32,000 nucleotides of DNA, taken from Ureaplasma parvum serovar 3 str. ATCC 27815 (GTDB lineage Bacteria > Bacillota_I > Bacilli_A > Mycoplasmatales > Mycoplasmoidaceae). The translations under genes were made by a program, and so were the position numbers. This document shows positions 23,984 to 32,000 of the stretch, piece by piece; the first letter of the stretch is position 1; each line of letters begins with the position of its first letter. Location of the stretch: positions 510,001 through 542,000 of the forward strand of contig NC_010503.1 in assembly GCF_000019345.1 (NCBI RefSeq), written 5' to 3'. The notes under the pieces were generated by a model. The model was given only the letters and a program-made list of their open reading frames with translations, was not told the origin of the DNA and ran no database searches.

Positions 23984-25068
23984 TGATAACAAATAAAAAA
24001 TGTAAAGGCTGTGGAGCTTTTTTGAATGATCAAATCAATACAATTGGATATACCCCAAAAATAAATGAAACAAAAACCAATTTATGCCAACGTTGTTTTA
24101 AATTAATACACTATAATAAACTTGAAAAAGTAAGTACTAATTTAAATCAAAGTATTAAAGAGACAATTAACACTTTAAATTTTAGTAATTTACAGATTTT
24201 TGCTGTATTAGATATTTTAGATTTAGAACACACAATTATTGATGAACTAAAAGAATATCAAAATAAAATTATTTTTTTAGTTAATAAAATTGATTTATTA
24301 CCTCAGCGCTACAATAGTGAATTAGTTAATGAAAATGTTGTTAAAACACTTATTAATCATGGATTTATTGATCCTAAAATTATCTATGTTTCCACACATT
24401 CTAATACCAGTTTAAAAAAAGTTATGGATTATATTAAAAATGCAACTAATAAAAAACAAAAATCCATTTTTTTTGGAAAATCAAATGTTGGTAAATCAAG
24501 TTTAATCAATGCTTTATTAGCGCTAAATAAAATTAAAACTAAACTTACAATTAGTAGTTATACTAATACAACAATTAATTTAAATAAAATTAATATACAA
24601 GAACATCAAATACTTGATGCTCCCGGAGTTTGTTTTGATGAAAACATTTTAAATTATGTACGTGATGAAGATAATAAATCAATCATGATTTCTTATGGTG
24701 CTAAAGCAATTAATTACCAAATTAATCCCCAACAAGCTCTTATGATTTCTGGATTGGTTGGAATTCAGTATTTAAAGGGTCAAAAAACAACTTTTACATT
24801 ATATGTTTCATCCCAATTAGATATTCATCGTTGTAAATTAGAAAATTTTATAATGAATTTTAATAAACGATATTTATTAGCGAAGTTCAATTATCTAAAT
24901 CAAGATCTTGAATTTGTTGACCATCTAATAACTTTAAATAAGGATCAAAAAACCAATATTTGTATTGCAGGCCTAGGTTTGTTAGTTATTAATGCTCATG
25001 CTGAACAAATATGTATCCGTTTACCAAAAAGTGTTGGTCTAAAAGTAGCAAAATATGCGATTATTTAA
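23983..25068 (+). CDS. yqeH: Circularly permuted ribosome-biogenesis GTPase, YqeH-like, 361 aa
   Basis: The ATG overlaps the parC TAA (TAATG). It has an N-terminal zinc ribbon CKGCG...CQRCF. The G motifs occur in permuted order: NKIDLL (G4), then [12 protein letters not shown] (G1), then DAPG (G3). Confidence 0.8.
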
Positions 25069-25094
25069 TTATTATTAATAAAGAGAGATTTGTT

Positions 25095-26273
25095 ATGAAA
25101 ATCATTTTGTTTTGTGGAGCTTTTGATATGGTTCACAATGCTCATATTGCAATGGCTAAACAAGCCATGAAGTTAGTTAATGCTGACAAACTAATTTTTT
25201 TACCATCAAATTTTAAATTTTTTAAAGCAATTAATAAAAATGACAATTTAGAGTATGAAAAAACAAAATTAACACCTGGACATCATCGTATAGCCATGTT
25301 AAAAATTGCAACCAAAAATTTAGTAAATATTGAAGTAAGTGACTACGAATTAAAACAAATTAATAAATCTTATACAATCAATACCATTGAGCATTTTAAA
25401 CAAATATATGGTAGTGAACATGAATATTATTTTATTATGGGTAGTGATAACTTAGAACGTTTTAAACAATGAAAAGATTGGGAACGAATTCTAAAAGAAG
25501 TTAAAATTATTTGTTTTAAACGTGGGGATGTTTGTGTTAAAAAAAGTTGCCCACAAAAAAGCTGTGAATGCGAAAGTTTTAATTTTTTCGAACATGAAAT
25601 TCTTTTGGTTAATGATTTTAATTACAATATCAGTTCTACTGAAATTAAAAAACGCCATAATTTAACATCAGGAATAGATCCAGCAGTCCTTGATTATATT
25701 AATGAACATGGTTTATATGCTTTATGATTATTAGAAAAACATTTAATTTCATATGATAATTTTAATAATTTAGAAAAAAAAGTTGCACGCATCAATCATT
25801 GTCGTCGCGTTGCTCAAATGTGTGTTGATTTAATGAATGTCTATGATAAAAAACTAATTGATCAAGCTTATTGTGCGGGAATTTATCATGACATACTAAA
25901 ATGTTTAGATGAACAAGAAAGTGTTGCATATTTTAATGAACATAAAAGTGAATTAAATATTGGTGATGATTTTATCTCTTGAAGAATCTTACATTCATAT
26001 CTTGGTGCACATTTATTACAAACCCAATATGGTTTTAAAAATCAATTAATTTTAAATGCTATTCGTCGTCATACAAGACCTTTTGATTTTATTAAAGATT
26101 ATAGTGAATTAACTACTTTAGATAAAATTCTATATTGTGCTGATAAATTAGAGCCTAACCGTAGGGAAGAAATTGATCAAATTAACATTGATTATTATCG
26201 AAAATTAGTTTTTGAAGATCTAGATAAGGCATTTATTGAAGTTTATCAATACCAACAAAGACAAAGAAAATAA
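25095..26273 (+). CDS. nadD: Bifunctional-looking fusion of nicotinate-nucleotide adenylyltransferase (NadD) and an HD-domain phosphohydrolase (YqeK), 392 aa
   Basis: ATG at 25095 (AAGAGAG upstream), TAA at 26271-26273. There are three in-frame TGA codons and no TAA or TAG between the domains. The N-terminal domain has [13 protein letters not shown] and ISSTEIKKR. The C-terminal domain has H..RVA......[21 protein letters not shown] and [10 protein letters not shown], which are YqeK HD signatures. Confidence 0.8.
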
Positions 26274-26282
26274 GGTAAAAAT

Positions 26283-26975
26283 ATGATTGGTTTAATTGTG
26301 GCATTAAATAGTGAAATTAAAACCTTTTTTAAACAAATTAAAAAGAAGGTTTATCAAATTAATAATATTGATTTTTACTTGTGCACTCATCAAAATATAG
26401 AATTTGTTTTAGTTTTTACGGATGTAGGAAAAACTAATGCGAGTTTTATTACTGCATTATTAATTAATAATTTTAAACCTAAAGTGATTTTAAACGTTGG
26501 TAGTTGTGGTGCACTAAATGATCAGTTACAGGTTTTAGATATTGCCATTATTGATCAATGCCAATACTTAGATGTTAACGTTAGCGCTTTTGGTTATTTA
26601 AAAAATCAAATACCGCGTTTAGATAAATTTTTTATTTTAGATAAAAGTTATAATCAACAAATCAAAAACCAGTTAATTAAGAAAAAACTAAAATGTTGAA
26701 TTGCAAATGTTGGAAGCAGTGACACATTTATTAATCGTGATAACATCTCCTTTTTTTATGATCAACAAATCGACTTAGTTGATATGGAATTAGCAGCTAT
26801 TGCTCATGTATGCACGCGTATGTTAACACCACTAGTAAGTATTAAATTAGTTAGTGATCATATTACTCTTCCCAATTCCAATCAAGAACAGTTTAATAAA
26901 AACTTATCACTAATTGATAAATGATTTAATGAGCATTTACCATCCATTATTGAAGCAATTTTAGAGATCTACTAA
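26283..26975 (+). CDS. mtnN: 5'-methylthioadenosine / S-adenosylhomocysteine nucleosidase, 230 aa
   Basis: Track ORF 26283-26699 extended through 2 TGA codons to TAA at 26973-26975. Pattern: MIGLIVALNSE..., GVGKTNAS-like DVGKTNAS, NVGSCGAL, SSDTF, VDMELAAIAHVC. Confidence 0.78.
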
Positions 26976-27033
26976 TTTATTTTTGTAAAAAATATTAAAA
27001 TTACAAAATCTACTATTATTTTTTAAATTGTTT

Positions 27034-27039
27034 TATAAT
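27034..27039 (+). promoter_or_regulatory. Candidate -10 box (TATAAT) for the 83-aa ORF
   Basis: Perfect TATAAT 43 nt upstream of ATG 27082, in the 106-nt gap after mtnN. This rests on pattern only. Confidence 0.3.
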
Positions 27040-27081
27040 TTACGTATATAAAAAGTTAGTTAAATAAGGAGTAGTTTATTT

Positions 27082-27333
27082 ATGATTTATAAAGAAATTG
27101 TTCGTAATATTATCAAGCATCCATTAATCTTACCAGAAGGAAAACATTACCATTTACATAAAATTCTAACTTCAAAAGATGAATTACGTAAGGGTGAAGT
27201 TAGTTTAGTTGCAGAAAATGGCAAAGAATACACTGTTGATTTATCTGCATTTGTTGACTTATTAGTTGATGGTGATTGCATTATTGATGATAATCATTCA
27301 CTTGTTGCTTTATACTTTGATGAAAGTAAATAA
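27082..27333 (+). CDS. Small hypothetical cytoplasmic protein, 83 aa
   Basis: Intact ORF with no TGA. It has a strong SD (AAGGAG) 9 nt upstream of the ATG and is followed by a strong terminator. I recognise no family. Confidence 0.62.
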   Translation: MIYKEIVRNIIKHPLILPEGKHYHLHKILTSKDELRKGEVSLVAENGKEYTVDLSAFVDLLVDGDCIIDDNHSLVALYFDESK

Positions 27334-27356
27334 AAAGTAAAAAATATTAATTTAAG

Positions 27357-27404
27357 AAATCTTGCTAAAACACACCAGTAGGTTTTAAGCAAGATTTTTA
27401 TTTG
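27357..27404 (+). terminator. Rho-independent terminator after the 83-aa ORF
   Basis: A 10-bp stem AAATCTTGCT (27357-27366) / AGCAAGATTT (27388-27397) plus an inner 5-bp extension (AAAAC/GTTTT, with one bulge). It is followed by TTTTTATTT. Confidence 0.72.
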
Positions 27405-27537
27405 TAAAAATTAAGTATTTATTATGTTATTTATTTTATGAAATTTAATAATAATTTCAATTATTATGGGTTTTATTTTGTGTAAATTTTTAGTTTTTAT
27501 GTTAAAATTTCTGTGTTATTTTATTAAAACATTATTG

Positions 27538-27553
27538 TTTTTTTTTTTTTTTT
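27538..27553 (+). repeat. Homopolymeric T16 tract in the upstream region of gene 27623-29950
   Basis: I counted 16 consecutive T directly, ending 69 nt upstream of ATG 27623. It is the longest homopolymer in the window. Confidence 0.95.
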
Positions 27554-27622
27554 GAAAAAATAATGAGTAAATAAATGTTTTGTTTTTATCTGTTTATTTT
27601 ATAAAAATGTGGGAAAAATTAT

Positions 27623-29950
27623 ATGAAATCAAATAATAAAAATTACAAATTTTTGAACATAAAAAAACGGAAATATCGCATTTTTTTTATGTTGTGTTCT
27701 TTAAATTTAATATGAGCAGGCGTTATTATAGCTATTGTTCTGCGTTTAAAAAATATTGATAAACGCTTTAGTGAAAATGACCATAAAATTGCTCGTCCAA
27801 CTTGAGAGTATGATAATGATGGAAATTTAGAGATTCACACTCAATTAGCAAATGATTTAAATGATGATTTAAAACAAAAAGCTTTAAATAATGCAAATGT
27901 CAAAGGAATTGTTGTTGACCAAAATGGTGTAGAACATGAGATAGATGTAAGTATTGATGCTAATGGTAAGGTTATTATTCCAACAAAAGATTTAGTAAAT
28001 AATGACCCAACTAAACCTAATATATACACACTTAAAAAAGTCGTTTTAAAACAACATAATCAACCAAATATTGATCTAATTAGTGAAGAGCAATTAAGTG
28101 GTGATAATCATATTTCATTTAAAAAACCAACAGTGGTTGCTCAAATTAATGATAACAATGATTATATAATGCATTTTACGAATCCTAATTTAGTTAACAA
28201 GAAAATTAAATTAACATTTAAAGTTGATGATCAAGATGATCATACAAAAACCATTGAAGCTATCATTGGATTAGATGGAAAGGCTATTTTTAAAACAAGT
28301 GATGATGCAATTTTTGCACCAGATCATAAATATACACTAACAAAAATTGAAGCTAATAACAAAAAAGTTGCTAACATTGATGAAATTCCATTAAAAAATA
28401 GAATCGTTGATAAAAATCCAATTAAAAGAATTAACTTAACACAACTAAAAGTTGCTAAAGATTTAATTCTTTGAAATAATACAAACCAAAACCAATTCAT
28501 AACTGCTACTTTTAAAAATATAAATAACGATTTTGATGATTATATTGTTAAATTAATTTATGAATACAATTATCGTGGAGAAATGAAAGAAATTGCATCA
28601 CAACCTTTCAAATTAGAAAAAAATAAAACAACATACAACAATATCCTTTTGCCAATTAGTATTCCAAATCGCTTATATCATTTTAAAAAAGTAGTAATTC
28701 AAAAATTAAATCAACCAAATAAATCTATTGATTTAGATCATGATCCAAATTTAAAATCTTTTTTTATTGTTGGTCCTGGTAAAACAGATTTTGCATGAAA
28801 AAAACCAAATGATGATCAAATTACATATGATGGTTTAAAGAGATTAAATATTGAAATTACTTCTCAAGATTATGCATTACAAAATGGTAAAAAAGTTATG
28901 GTTTGGTTTAAATCAGATGCCGAACCAAATAATGATTCACTTAAATTTATAGGCGAATTATCTCAAACTAACGCCAATGGAACAGCTGCTGTCATTAATA
29001 ATTTAAATAATTTATACGGTATGAAAGAACAAACAGAGTATTACATCTATAAAATTCAGTTCATAGATGAATTAGAATATTCAAAATTACCACCAAACCG
29101 TAATAACATTGTTTATGAATATAATAAAAATATTGCACGTAATTATGCATTCCGAACTAAAACTGCCCCTTTAATTTTAGAAAAAATAGAAAAAGATGAT
29201 AATGGTAGCATTGGAGGACAAAATTTTTATTTTTACCTAAATAAAGCTAGTGATGATCCTAGTACAATCAAGCAAGTTACTATATATTGTCGTGATAATA
29301 ATAATGAATTATATACTTCTGATGATCAAGAAATAGATTCTGTTGATCTTGTATATCATTCTTGAATTCATGATTTAAAATGAAATCGTGAATATGTTTT
29401 TGATCATGCTGAAATACAAACAACATATCCTGATGATCCTGAATATGGTGGTGAAACAAATGATTTAGAAATTAAAAGAGGATTAACTTTCAAGTTTTAT
29501 ACACCACCAAGTAAAACAGAAATACAGTGAAAACATCCTATAAAAATAACTAATAATGGGGCAATTTTAGATATTCAATTACAATCAAAAGATCGGGCAT
29601 TTGAAGATAAGCAAAAATATCGAGTGACATTAGTTGAAGCTGAAAATCAAAACAATGCTGTTGTTGGTGACTTTTTACTTGCTGGCACTTCTATTAATAA
29701 AAATGATAGCCCAATTGGTGATAATAATGATAAGAACAAAGATATAGCAACTTTGAGCTGTAATTTTGAAAACAAATTAAAAAAAGGGACTAAATACTTA
29801 TTAAAAGAAGTTCGATTTATTGCTAATCCAAATGAAGAAATTAGTGCTAAACCTACTAGAGCTGCTAGACCATTTAATAATGATAATATTATTTATAGTT
29901 TGAATCTACGAATAAATGATCCCTATGACTTTACAACTTTAAAAAATTAG
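27623..29950 (+). CDS. N-terminally membrane-anchored modular surface protein, paralog A, 775 aa
   Basis: ATG at 27623, TAG at 29948-29950. Track ORFs 28133-28474, 28583-28798, 28898-29365 and 29624-29950 are all in frame, with 7 TGA=Trp. The N-terminus has a basic stretch and then a TM segment (LNLIWAGVIIAIVLRL) with no lipobox. The body consists of about 100-120-aa modules, each ending in a [KR]-[LKY]-Y-x-[LF]-x-K-[VI] motif. Confidence 0.8.
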
Positions 29951-29971
29951 TTTAATCCTTAAATTTTTAGT

Positions 29972-32000
<2,029 letters not shown>

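Noticed and set aside
25011-25094. N-terminal extension of the nadD ORF (track start at 25011), overlapping yqeH by 58 nt.
   Set aside because: The extension has no similarity to NadD. ATG 25095 has an SD-like AAGAGAG upstream and begins right at the conserved MKI.LF.G.FD..H motif.
27563-27622. In-frame upstream ATG 27563 as an extended start of paralog A.
   Set aside because: The frame is closed by TAA at 27572-27574 and again at 27602-27604, so it cannot be an N-terminal extension. It is retained only as a shared-motif observation.
27841-28029. Minus-strand ORFs inside the paralog genes (27841-28029, 30524-30760, 31217-31432).
   Set aside because: They are antisense shadows of the long plus-strand frames. 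Their hydrophobic, low-complexity translations are typical of reverse frames of Asn/Lys-rich genes.

Overview
The window is a very AT-rich (about 25% GC) chromosomal segment from a Mollicute that reads UGA as Trp (genetic code 4). Almost every conserved gene is split in the supplied standard-code ORF track only at in-frame TGA codons. The pieces rejoin into full-length proteins. ParC residue numbering (Ser83/Glu87 in the QRDR), the GC content and the repeat-module proteins at the right end suggest Ureaplasma, but this is an inference only.

Positions 1-27000 are densely packed housekeeping genes:
- Minus strand, left block: ruvA (partial), a flippase-like membrane protein, an acidic His-rich hypothetical protein, proS and sufU-sufS.
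- Plus strand: a 1128-aa lipoprotein translationally coupled to rpe.
- Minus strand, long operon: fmt, membrane protein, obg, nadE, membrane protein, pheS, pheT.
- Plus strand, right block: def, parE, parC, yqeH, a nadD-yqeK fusion and mtnN.

The accessory part lies at 27.0-32.0 kb. It holds a stand-alone 83-aa ORF followed by two tandem paralogous genes (27623-29950 and 29997 to beyond 32000). Both genes encode N-terminally membrane-anchored proteins built from roughly 100-120-aa modules. Each gene has a different simple-sequence repeat just upstream, T16 for the first and (TA)13 for the second. They also share a leader motif and a 28-nt near-identical patch in the signal-anchor region. I consider this a candidate phase-variable (contingency) surface-protein locus. 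No rRNA, tRNA, CRISPR array or IS element was seen.
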